Source: Methanomassiliicoccales archaeon (GTDB taxonomy: Archaea > Thermoplasmatota > Thermoplasmata > Methanomassiliicoccales > UBA472). From it: DNA of 64,000 nt. Within the stretch, counting starts at the first letter, position 1. Each line of letters starts with the position of its first letter. The stretch covers positions 9,469 to 73,468 of the forward strand of contig JBFYNB010000001.1 of NCBI GenBank assembly GCA_041304605.1, given 5' to 3'. Shown here piece after piece: positions 17,733 to 25,555 of this stretch. A program made the translations under genes and the position numbers. The notes under the pieces were generated by a model. It saw only the letters and a list, made by a program, of their open reading frames with translations, made no database searches and was not told the DNA's origin.

Positions 17733-18397
17733 AGGCGATCTGCCTGCTCTCCGGAGGGCTGGATTCCACGGTCACTCTGGCCTACGCCCTTCATCAGGGA
17801 TACGAGGTCACCGCCCTAACCATCAATTACGGGCAAAGGCACAAGCGGGAGCTGGACGCTGCCCGTGCCGTCGCCGCCCACTACAAGGTGCCGCACATCG
17901 TGATGGAGTTCCCGCTCACCGGGTTCCGCAGCGCCCTCACCGATGATTCGATCCCCATCCCCGACCGGAGGTCCGAGGAGATCGGGTACGACATACCGGA
18001 GACGTACGTTCCGGCCAGGAACATCGTCTTCCTCAGTCTGGCTGCCGGGCTGGCCGAATCGGTGGACGCCAGCGCGGTCTTCATCGGGGCCAACGCTATC
18101 GATTACAGCGGCTACCCGGACTGTCGTCCGGAGTTCTTCCAATCGTTCGAGAACATGCTGGAGGTCGGGACGAAGAGGGGAGTGCTGGGTCACCCGGTAC
18201 GCATCGAGCACCCCATTCTCAAAAATACCAAGGCGGAGATCGTGAAGATGGGCATCAAGCTGGAAGCTCCGCTTCACCTCACCTGGAGCTGCTACCGCGG
18301 CGGCGAGAAGGCCTGCGGCCACTGCGACTCCTGCGTCCTGCGGCTGAAAGGCTTCAGGGAGGCCGGGGCCAAGGACCCAGTGCCCTACGAGGGCTGA
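17729..18397 (+). CDS. queC: 7-cyano-7-deazaguanine (preQ0) synthase
   Basis: Track ORF, 222 aa. SGGLDS PP-loop and C-terminal Zn site CGHCDSCVLR. Confidence 0.9.
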   Translation: MKAICLLSGGLDSTVTLAYALHQGYEVTALTINYGQRHKRELDAARAVAAHYKVPHIVMEFPLTGFRSALTDDSIPIPDRRSEEIGYDIPETYVPARNIVFLSLAAGLAESVDASAVFIGANAIDYSGYPDCRPEFFQSFENMLEVGTKRGVLGHPVRIEHPILKNTKAEIVKMGIKLEAPLHLTWSCYRGGEKACGHCDSCVLRLKGFREAGAKDPVPYEG

Positions 18398-18399
18398 GG

Positions 18400-19029
18400 A
18401 TGCTCATCAACGAGATGTTCCTCTCCATACAAGGCGAAGGAAGGACCATGGGCCTGCCTACGGTGTTCGTGCGCCTGAGCGGCTGCAATCTCGATTGCCG
18501 CTGGTGCGATACGCGTTACGCCGAGGAGGGCGGGTCGGAGCTATCCGTGGACGAGGTCCTAGCCGGTGTCAACGGCTACCGCACCAGGCATGTGTGCTTG
18601 ACAGGCGGGGAACCGTTATGGCACGAAGAAACGCCCGAGCTCATCTCCCGGCTGCTGGGGGAAGGCAAGCATGTTTCCCTGGAGACCAACGGTTCGCTTC
18701 CCATTGCGGGCCTACCGGACGACCCGCAGCTGATGATCAGCATGGACTACAAGTGCCCCTCCTCCGGCATGGAGGGCCGCATGCTTCTGGAGAACCTCGA
18801 GCATCTGAGGCCCAAGGACCAGCTGAAGTTCGTGGTGGCGGACAAGGAAGATCTGGAAAGGGCCGAGGACGTTCTGCGAAAGTACGAACCGAACTGTCCG
18901 GTGATACTCACCCCGGTGGGCGGTCTTACGCTCGCTCCAGTGGTGGAGTTCGTTCTGAAACGAAGGTTAGAGGTAAGGGTGCTGCCGCAGCTGCACAAGC
19001 TCATCTGGGGCGAGAGGCGCGGCGTTTGA
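18400..19029 (+). CDS. queE: 7-carboxy-7-deazaguanine synthase (radical SAM)
   Basis: Track ORF, 209 aa. FLSIQGEG and cluster motif CNLDCRWCDT. Confidence 0.9.
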   Translation: MLINEMFLSIQGEGRTMGLPTVFVRLSGCNLDCRWCDTRYAEEGGSELSVDEVLAGVNGYRTRHVCLTGGEPLWHEETPELISRLLGEGKHVSLETNGSLPIAGLPDDPQLMISMDYKCPSSGMEGRMLLENLEHLRPKDQLKFVVADKEDLERAEDVLRKYEPNCPVILTPVGGLTLAPVVEFVLKRRLEVRVLPQLHKLIWGERRGV

Positions 19030-19052
19030 GGCGTGTCAGACCTTAGCAATGA

Positions 19053-19063
19053 TTATATAATAT
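19053..19063 (+). promoter_or_regulatory. TATA-like box TTATATAATAT upstream of the leu-operon leader
   Basis: AT-rich block in an otherwise GC-rich intergenic region, about 40 nt before the leader ATG. Confidence 0.5.
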
Positions 19064-19100
19064 GCTTCTAGTTCCCCTCAATCACATACGAGGTATGACG

Positions 19101-19148
19101 ATGAGCATCATCATTATCGTGGACGGACACGGTCTTTTGCGTGCTTAA
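19101..19148 (+). CDS. Candidate leader peptide MSIIIIVDGHGLLRA (15 codons; an in-frame ATG at 19095 would add MT)
   Basis: My own translation. GAGGT (19090-19094) lies 6 nt before the ATG. Four consecutive Ile codons, then Val, and two Leu. It lies 43 nt upstream of leuA/cimA. Confidence 0.4.
   Translation: MSIIIIVDGHGLLRA
19116..19138 (+). promoter_or_regulatory. Candidate attenuator: hairpin ATCGTG-GACGGA-CACGGT followed by CTTTT
   Basis: 6-bp stem (one G-U) whose 5' arm is the last Ile codon plus the Val codon of the leader. T4 run at 19135-19138. Also, CGATGAGC (19099-19106) is perfectly complementary to GCTCATCG (19153-19160). Confidence 0.3.
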
Positions 19149-19190
19149 ATCGGCTCATCGCTGCGACCTTGGATGTGAGAGTTGGTTATC

Positions 19191-20795
19191 ATGACCGAAC
19201 TTCGAACGCCGTACAGTCAGGACTCCAGCGCCCGTAACGGGCAAGAGAAGGACAGGATATTCACCAGTCACTTCAATCGCTTGGCCTTGGACCCCTGCAC
19301 CCCCGATCGCGTGGAGATACTGGACACCACCCTTCGGGACGGGGAGCAGACGCCAGGGGTGGCGCTGTCCATGGACGACAAGGTGCGGATAGCGCAGCTG
19401 CTGGACGACCTTGGCGTGGACGTGATCGAGGCCGGTTTTCCCCGAACTTCCATAGGCGAGCAGGAGGCCATCCGCAAGATCAGCTCTCTGAAGCTGAGGG
19501 CCAAGGTATGCGGTCTCGCCCGCTGCTCCAGGGAGGACATCGATTCAGCGGTCGACAACGGCGTGGATTACGTCCATACGTTCATCGCCACCTCCGAAGG
19601 GCATATGAAGAACAAGCTCAAGATGACCCGGGAGCAGGTGAAGGCCCGGGCGGTGGACGCGGTAGAGTACGCCCGTTCCCGAGGCGTCATCGTCGAGTTC
19701 TCCTGCGAGGACGGCACCCGCACCGAGCTCGACTTCCTGAAGGAGATGCATGTCGCCGTCCAGGAAGCTGGCGTTCACAAGATCAACCTGCCGGACACCG
19801 TGGGAACCATGTCCCCGGCGGCCATGGAGTACCTGGTCTCCGAGGTCATGAAGGTGACCAAGGTCCCGCTGTCGATCCATTGCCACGATGATTTCGGTCT
19901 TGCCGTGGCGAACTCCATGGCCGCGGTGCGCAAGGGCGCCCGCCAGGTCCATGTCTGCGTGAACGGCCTTGGGGAGCGTGCCGGAAACGCCGCGCTGGAG
20001 GAGGTCGTCATGAGCCTGCTGGCCTTCCTCAACGTGCACACCAACGTGGACACCCGGAAGCTGGGAATGACGTCCCGTGCCGTGGCCAGGATGACCGGCG
20101 TACCCGTTCCGGACACCAAGGCCATTGTCGGCAACAACGCCTTCGCCCACGAGTCCGGGATACACGTTCATGGCGTGCTGAAGGACCCCTCGACCTACGA
20201 GGCCTTCTCCCCCGAGCTGGTAGGCATGCAGCGCAACATAGTCATGGGCAAGCACACCGGCGCTCATTCGGTCAAGGAAAAGCTGAGCGAGTACGGGATC
20301 CTCCTGCCGGAGGAGATGCTATCGACCGTGGTCGGCAAGATCAAGACCCTGGCCGAGAGCGGCAAGGAGGTGGACGACGCCGAGCTGGTGGCTCTGGCGA
20401 TGCACATACAGGGCCAGGAGGGCCAGGAGCACCAGCACGTAAAGCTAAAGGAGTTCACGGTGTTCACCGGCATGAACATCACTCCCACGTCGACCGTGGT
20501 CATCGAGGTGGACGGGAAGACGGTGCGCTCGTCGGACGTAGGCATCGGACCGGTGGACGCGGCGCTGAACGCGATACGTACGGCAGTGAGCGAGAACATC
20601 TCGCTGGTCGAGTACCGCCTGAACGCTATAACTGGTGGGAGCGACGCCCTGTGCGAGGTGACCGTGAAGCTGAGGATGAACGGCGACCAAAAGGTGATGT
20701 CGGTGGGCAAGAGCATCGGCTCGGACATAGTGCTCACCAGCGTGAACGCCGCCATGGCCGCCATCGACCGCCTGCTGGGCAGGCAAAGATCATAA
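19191..20795 (+). CDS. leuA: 2-isopropylmalate synthase / (R)-citramalate synthase family enzyme
   Basis: Track ORF 19182..20795 (TTG); the ATG at 19191 is preferred. Motifs LDTTLRDGEQTPGV and HCHDDFGLAVANS, plus a C-terminal LeuA-dimer regulatory domain. LeuA and CimA cannot be told apart by eye. Confidence 0.85.
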   Translation: MTELRTPYSQDSSARNGQEKDRIFTSHFNRLALDPCTPDRVEILDTTLRDGEQTPGVALSMDDKVRIAQLLDDLGVDVIEAGFPRTSIGEQEAIRKISSLKLRAKVCGLARCSREDIDSAVDNGVDYVHTFIATSEGHMKNKLKMTREQVKARAVDAVEYARSRGVIVEFSCEDGTRTELDFLKEMHVAVQEAGVHKINLPDTVGTMSPAAMEYLVSEVMKVTKVPLSIHCHDDFGLAVANSMAAVRKGARQVHVCVNGLGERAGNAALEEVVMSLLAFLNVHTNVDTRKLGMTSRAVARMTGVPVPDTKAIVGNNAFAHESGIHVHGVLKDPSTYEAFSPELVGMQRNIVMGKHTGAHSVKEKLSEYGILLPEEMLSTVVGKIKTLAESGKEVDDAELVALAMHIQGQEGQEHQHVKLKEFTVFTGMNITPTSTVVIEVDGKTVRSSDVGIGPVDAALNAIRTAVSENISLVEYRLNAITGGSDALCEVTVKLRMNGDQKVMSVGKSIGSDIVLTSVNAAMAAIDRLLGRQRS

Positions 20796-20804
20796 GGTGA
20801 ACTG

Positions 20805-22073
20805 ATGAGAACGGACCCCAAGACCATCTCGGAAAAGATACTGTCATTGAAGTCCCGGACGGATGCCAGGGCAGGGGACATCGTCGAAGCGGACGTAGAC
20901 TATGTCATGGTGAACGATGTGACGGGACCATTGGCCTTCCAGGAGTTCGAGGCCCTGGAATGCGAGCCGGTGCGCGACAAGATCGTGCTCATCCCGGACC
21001 ACTTCGTGCCCAACAAGGACGTCGCGTCGGCCAAGCAGGCCAAGGAGATGCGCGACTTCGCCAAGCGCTGGGGCATCAAGAACTACTTCGAGGTCGGGCG
21101 CGGAGGCGTCTGCCACCAGGTAATGCTGGACAACGGCTTCGCCTACCCCGGGGCGCTGGTCGTCGGAGCGGACTCCCACACCTGCACCTACGGAGGAGTG
21201 AACGCCTTCGCCACCGGCGTCGGAAGTTCCGAGGCGGCGGCGGTGTTCGCCACCGGCCAGCTGTGGTTCAAGGTTCCAGGTTCCATAAGGGTCCTGCTCA
21301 AGGGACGGCCGTCCAAGTACGTGGGCGGGAAGGACCTGGTGCTCAAGCTCATAAGCGACATAGGGGTCGACGGGGCCACGTACAAGACCCTGGAGTTCGG
21401 GGGTACTGGAGTTTCGTCATTGACCGTCTCCGACCGTCTGTCGGTATCCAACATGGCCATCGAGGCCGGCGGAAAGGCAGGGATATTTCCCTGCGACGCG
21501 GCCACGGTGGCTTACATGAAGACCGTTCGGAAGGACGGGTTCAATGCCACCCTTCCCGATGACGGCGCATCGTACGAAAGTACCCTGGAATACGATCTGT
21601 CGTCGTTAGAGAGCATGGTGGCCCTGCCGCACCTCCCGTCCAACGGGAAGGCGGCGAGGGACGTCAAGGTCCAGATCGATCAGGCTTACCTAGGCTCGTG
21701 CACCAACGGCCGCATCGAGGACCTTCGCCTGGGGGCGGAGATAATGCGTGGACGGAAGGTGCACAAGGACGTGCGCATGGTGGTCGTACCCGCTTCCGTC
21801 AAGGTGTTCGAGCAGGCCATGGACGAAGGACTTCTTACGGTATTCTCCAAGGCCGGGGCGTTCGTTTCCGGGCCGACGTGCGGAGCATGCCTAGGCGGAC
21901 ACATGGGTATACTCGCCCCGGGCGAGAGATGCGTCAGCAGCACCAATCGCAACTTCATCGGCCGCATGGGACACCGGGATTCCGAGGTGTACCTGGCCGG
22001 GCCGGCCGTGGTGGCCGCATCCGCCGTCACCGGACGCATAACCGACCCCAGGGACCTGGAGGCGGTGCAATGA
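20805..22073 (+). CDS. leuC: 3-isopropylmalate (or citraconate) dehydratase large subunit
   Basis: Track ORF, 422 aa. Aconitase-family cluster ligand contexts GSCTNGRIEDL and GPTCGACLGG. AAGGTGA SD upstream. Confidence 0.9.
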   Translation: MRTDPKTISEKILSLKSRTDARAGDIVEADVDYVMVNDVTGPLAFQEFEALECEPVRDKIVLIPDHFVPNKDVASAKQAKEMRDFAKRWGIKNYFEVGRGGVCHQVMLDNGFAYPGALVVGADSHTCTYGGVNAFATGVGSSEAAAVFATGQLWFKVPGSIRVLLKGRPSKYVGGKDLVLKLISDIGVDGATYKTLEFGGTGVSSLTVSDRLSVSNMAIEAGGKAGIFPCDAATVAYMKTVRKDGFNATLPDDGASYESTLEYDLSSLESMVALPHLPSNGKAARDVKVQIDQAYLGSCTNGRIEDLRLGAEIMRGRKVHKDVRMVVVPASVKVFEQAMDEGLLTVFSKAGAFVSGPTCGACLGGHMGILAPGERCVSSTNRNFIGRMGHRDSEVYLAGPAVVAASAVTGRITDPRDLEAVQ

Positions 22074-22564
22074 AGGACGTAAATGGTAAAGTTTGGAAGT
22101 TCGGCGACCACGTGGACACCGACCAGATAATTCCTGCTGAACGGCTCACCAGCGACAACAACGACAAGCTCGGCACCTTCGCCTTCGAGAAGGTCCGGCC
22201 GGAGATGGTCAAGCTGGTCAGCAAGGGCGATATCATCGTGGCCGGACGCAACTTCGGCTGCGGATCGAGCCGGGAGCACGCGCCCCGGGCGCTGCTGCAG
22301 ATGGGCATATCCTGCGTGGTGGCGGAAAGTTACGCCAGGATATTCTATCGCAACTGCATCAACACCGGGCTCCTGCCCGTCGAGTGCCGCGTGGAGGCCG
22401 ACGATGGCGACGTGCTTTCCGTCGATCTCTCAAAAGGTATCATAATCAACCAGACCAAGGGGAAGGAGTGGAAGTTCGCCCCCTTCCCGAAGTTCGTCCA
22501 GGAGCTCATGGACAAGGGCGGCCTCATGGCCAAGATCAAGGAGGAGAAGAGATGCACAAGATAG
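22070..22564 (+). CDS. leuD: 3-isopropylmalate dehydratase small subunit
   Basis: Internal ATG of track ORF 21698..22564. ATGA overlap with the leuC stop. Sequence KVWKFGDHVDTDQIIP and GRNFGCGSSREHA. Confidence 0.9.
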   Translation: MKDVNGKVWKFGDHVDTDQIIPAERLTSDNNDKLGTFAFEKVRPEMVKLVSKGDIIVAGRNFGCGSSREHAPRALLQMGISCVVAESYARIFYRNCINTGLLPVECRVEADDGDVLSVDLSKGIIINQTKGKEWKFAPFPKFVQELMDKGGLMAKIKEEKRCTR

Positions 22565-23667
22565 CGGTACTGCCAGGGGACGGCATCGGCCCGGAGGTCG
22601 TGGCCGAGGGCCTGAAGGTTCTGAACGCCCTTTCCGAGAACTACTCGGTCAAGTTCGACTTCCAGGAGTTCGGCATCAATTCGGAACGTTACCTGAGCAC
22701 CGGGAAGCTGGTGACCGATGACGATATCGACCAGCTGCGCAAGTTCGACAGCATATTCCTGGGAGCGATCGGCGACGACCGGGTGAAGCCGGGCGTCCTG
22801 GAGAAGGGGATACTTCTCGCGCTCCGATTCAGCTTCGACCAGTACATCAACCACCGGCCGGCGCCCCTGTGGAAACCTTTCGGCCGCCTGAAGAGGGACG
22901 TTGATTTCAACATCGACGTGTTCAGGGAGAACACCGAGGACTATTACATCGGTGCCGGTGGACGGGTGACCGGTGGGAAGGGGTCCATCGACATGAGGGT
23001 CAAGCGCCACCTGTATGATATGAAGGTCAGGCTGGAAGCGAACGCTGACGCTGCCGACGACTACGCCTTCGAGATCGGCATGATGTCCCGCAAGAACATC
23101 GAACGTTTCGCGGACCACGTCATCGATTTCTCGAACCTCATCGGGGAGAACTACATCACCGTGGTGGACAAGGCCAACGTCTGCAGCAACATATACTCCC
23201 TGTGGAGGGAGGTCTGGGACGAGAAGTGCAAGCGGGCGGGCAAGGAGCACGGCTACATGTACGTCGACGCCATGACCATGGCCCTGGTCAAGAACCCGGA
23301 CAAGTTCCGCCTGATCGCCGTGCCGAACATGTTCGGGGACATCATAACCGATCTGCTGGCCGAGGTGACCGGCGGTCTAGGACTGGCTCCGGGCGGCAAC
23401 ATCAACCCCCATGGCATATCCATGTTCGAACCGGTGCACGGCTCCGCTCCCAAGTACAAGGGCATGGACCGCATCAACCCGGTGGCGACGATACTGGCGG
23501 CCAAGATGATGATGGACAACCTGGGCCGCAGGGACCTCGGCGACGTGATCTTCAAGGGGGTCCGCGGGGCCTTTGACAAAGGTGTCTACACCCAGGACCT
23601 AGGCGGCAAGGCCACCACGAAGCAGATGGGCGACGCGGTCGTTGCGGCTATCCAAGCGCTGAAGTGA
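22552..23667 (+). CDS. leuB: 3-isopropylmalate dehydrogenase (isocitrate/isopropylmalate dehydrogenase family)
   Basis: Internal ATG of track ORF 22384..23667. Sequence MHKIAVLPGDGIGPEV and NMFGDIITDL. Overlaps leuD by 13 nt. Confidence 0.85.
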   Translation: MHKIAVLPGDGIGPEVVAEGLKVLNALSENYSVKFDFQEFGINSERYLSTGKLVTDDDIDQLRKFDSIFLGAIGDDRVKPGVLEKGILLALRFSFDQYINHRPAPLWKPFGRLKRDVDFNIDVFRENTEDYYIGAGGRVTGGKGSIDMRVKRHLYDMKVRLEANADAADDYAFEIGMMSRKNIERFADHVIDFSNLIGENYITVVDKANVCSNIYSLWREVWDEKCKRAGKEHGYMYVDAMTMALVKNPDKFRLIAVPNMFGDIITDLLAEVTGGLGLAPGGNINPHGISMFEPVHGSAPKYKGMDRINPVATILAAKMMMDNLGRRDLGDVIFKGVRGAFDKGVYTQDLGGKATTKQMGDAVVAAIQALK

Positions 23668-23727
23668 GCGTCATACCTCTCAAACCGTTTCCCTTATTTT
23701 ATATATTTTGAAAAATATTGCTTTGCC

Positions 23728-24483
23728 ATGGCCAAGACGGGGAGTTGGGCCTACGCGTTGGGCGTGGCCATTCTGGTGATGTCCAGCGGCATGGTGGGGT
23801 ACTGGCTGGCGCCGGGGGAGGCCTCGGCGGATGCGGATAGGGACTCTTACTATCAGGTCTCGACGTACGGTCGCCTGAGCGAGGGAGGGTACCAGGGCAT
23901 GATATCCATAGACAAGCTGCTGGAGCACGGGGACTTCGGCATCGGCACGGTGGAAGGGATAGACGGGGAGATGATGGTGCTGGATGGCGTAGCCTACCGG
24001 GCCGGTACGGACCTGGTCCCGGTGGAGGTCCCCTCCGGGACCATGATACCATTCGCCATGCTGACCTATTTCGATGAGATGGAATCTCAAATCCTGACCG
24101 AAGAACTGAACTACACAACCTTCAAGGACATGCTGGATGACATCCTAAAGGAGAAGATAGTGTACGCCGTCATGATCGAGACGGAGTTCGATTCGATCAT
24201 CATCCGGAGCGTTCCGGGGCAGCAGGAGCCATACCCGCCCCTGGTGGATGTCGTGGCCAACCAGACCACCATGCGCCTGGAGAACGTGCGTGGAACAATG
24301 ATCGGTTACTACATCTCAGAAGGGCTGGGAGACATCAACGTCCCCGGCTTCCACATGCACTTCCTGAGCGAGGACCTGTCTTACGGAGGACACGTGCTGG
24401 ACGTGGAGTTCAGCAATTTCGCGGTACGAATTGATCCCGTGAGCACCTACACCGTGCTGTTCACGGAGAGCGTCATCACCTGA
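23728..24483 (+). CDS. Alpha-acetolactate decarboxylase with an N-terminal signal/anchor helix
   Basis: Track ORF, 251 aa. YQVSTYGRLSEGGYQG...LLEHGDFGIGTVEGIDGEMMVLDG and HMHFLSEDLSYGGHVLD match ALDC hallmarks. The N-terminus WAYALGVAILVMSSGMVGYWLA is hydrophobic. Confidence 0.75.
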   Translation: MAKTGSWAYALGVAILVMSSGMVGYWLAPGEASADADRDSYYQVSTYGRLSEGGYQGMISIDKLLEHGDFGIGTVEGIDGEMMVLDGVAYRAGTDLVPVEVPSGTMIPFAMLTYFDEMESQILTEELNYTTFKDMLDDILKEKIVYAVMIETEFDSIIIRSVPGQQEPYPPLVDVVANQTTMRLENVRGTMIGYYISEGLGDINVPGFHMHFLSEDLSYGGHVLDVEFSNFAVRIDPVSTYTVLFTESVIT

Positions 24484-25546
24484 CGCTAACCAGTTCATCG
24501 TACAGATCGCCGGTGCGCCTGGCCATCTCGTCCCAGCTGAAGGCCTTCATCCTTTGCTTCGCCGCGTTGCCCAGCTGCCCGCGCCTCTCCTCGTCGCTGT
24601 CCAGGGCGTTGATCGCGTCCGCCAGGGCCTTCTCGTCCTGCGGGGGTATAAGGATCCCGGCGTTCCCGACCACCTCCGGCAGACCGCCGGTGTTCGAGGC
24701 TATGACCGGCTTCCCGTAGGACATAGCTTCGGCCGCAACCATGCCGTACGCTTCGTGAACGGAGGGGATGGCGAACATGCGGCACTCGCACAGCATGCGG
24801 TGCTTCTCCTCCTCGCTGATCCAGCCCATGAAGTCTATGCGGTCGGTAAGTCCAAGATGCTGCGCCAGCCTCTCCAGGTTCCTTCGTTCCGGTCCCTCGC
24901 CGCATATGCGCAGCTGACATTTGGTGTGCTGCATAGCTCTTATCAGGGCGTCCAACCCCTTCAGCCGGACCAGCCTTCCCAGGGACAGGATGTAATCGCC
25001 GTCCTGGCAGGGCGCTTCCGGAATATCGACCCCGTTGTAGATCGTCAGCAAACGGTCCTCGGAGAACCCGCGGGCGGCCACATCATTCCTCATGTAATCG
25101 GATACGCACACCACCTTATCGAACTGGTGCAGGTGCCGCAGGAACATGCGGTCGTTCAGCTCGCTGGCGTAATGCGTGAGCCCGACGCCCTCTCCCAGGG
25201 TGTTGTGGCAGGTGTAGACCTTCGGACCTTGGTGACCAAGGACGCCATTGATCAGCGAGCCGGCCCAGCGATAGTGCAGGTCCACCACGTCCGGCCTCAG
25301 TTCGTCTAGGGCCTGTCGGACCTTGGATATGCGAACATAAGGGGGATTGTAGATGTTGAGGTAACGGGAAGGAAGGCGGATGACGGTGTAGTTGTCCATC
25401 TCCTCCCGCTCTTCCGTTCGCGGGAGACGGCTGGTGAGCACGAAGACCTCATGCTCCCTGCCCAGCCTCCGGCAGATGTTATGCAGGCGGTTCTCTATGC
25501 CGCCGATAAAAGGGTAGTGGAAAGCGTTTACCTCGACGATCCGCAA
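24476..25546 (-). CDS. Glycosyltransferase, GT4 family (GT-B fold)
   Basis: Track ORF, 356 aa, TTG start. C-terminal EAYGMVAAEAMSYGKPVIAS motif. Confidence 0.8.
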   Translation of the reverse strand: MRIVEVNAFHYPFIGGIENRLHNICRRLGREHEVFVLTSRLPRTEEREEMDNYTVIRLPSRYLNIYNPPYVRISKVRQALDELRPDVVDLHYRWAGSLINGVLGHQGPKVYTCHNTLGEGVGLTHYASELNDRMFLRHLHQFDKVVCVSDYMRNDVAARGFSEDRLLTIYNGVDIPEAPCQDGDYILSLGRLVRLKGLDALIRAMQHTKCQLRICGEGPERRNLERLAQHLGLTDRIDFMGWISEEEKHRMLCECRMFAIPSVHEAYGMVAAEAMSYGKPVIASNTGGLPEVVGNAGILIPPQDEKALADAINALDSDEERRGQLGNAAKQRMKAFSWDEMARRTGDLYDELVSVR

Positions 25547-25555
25547 CTCACGACC

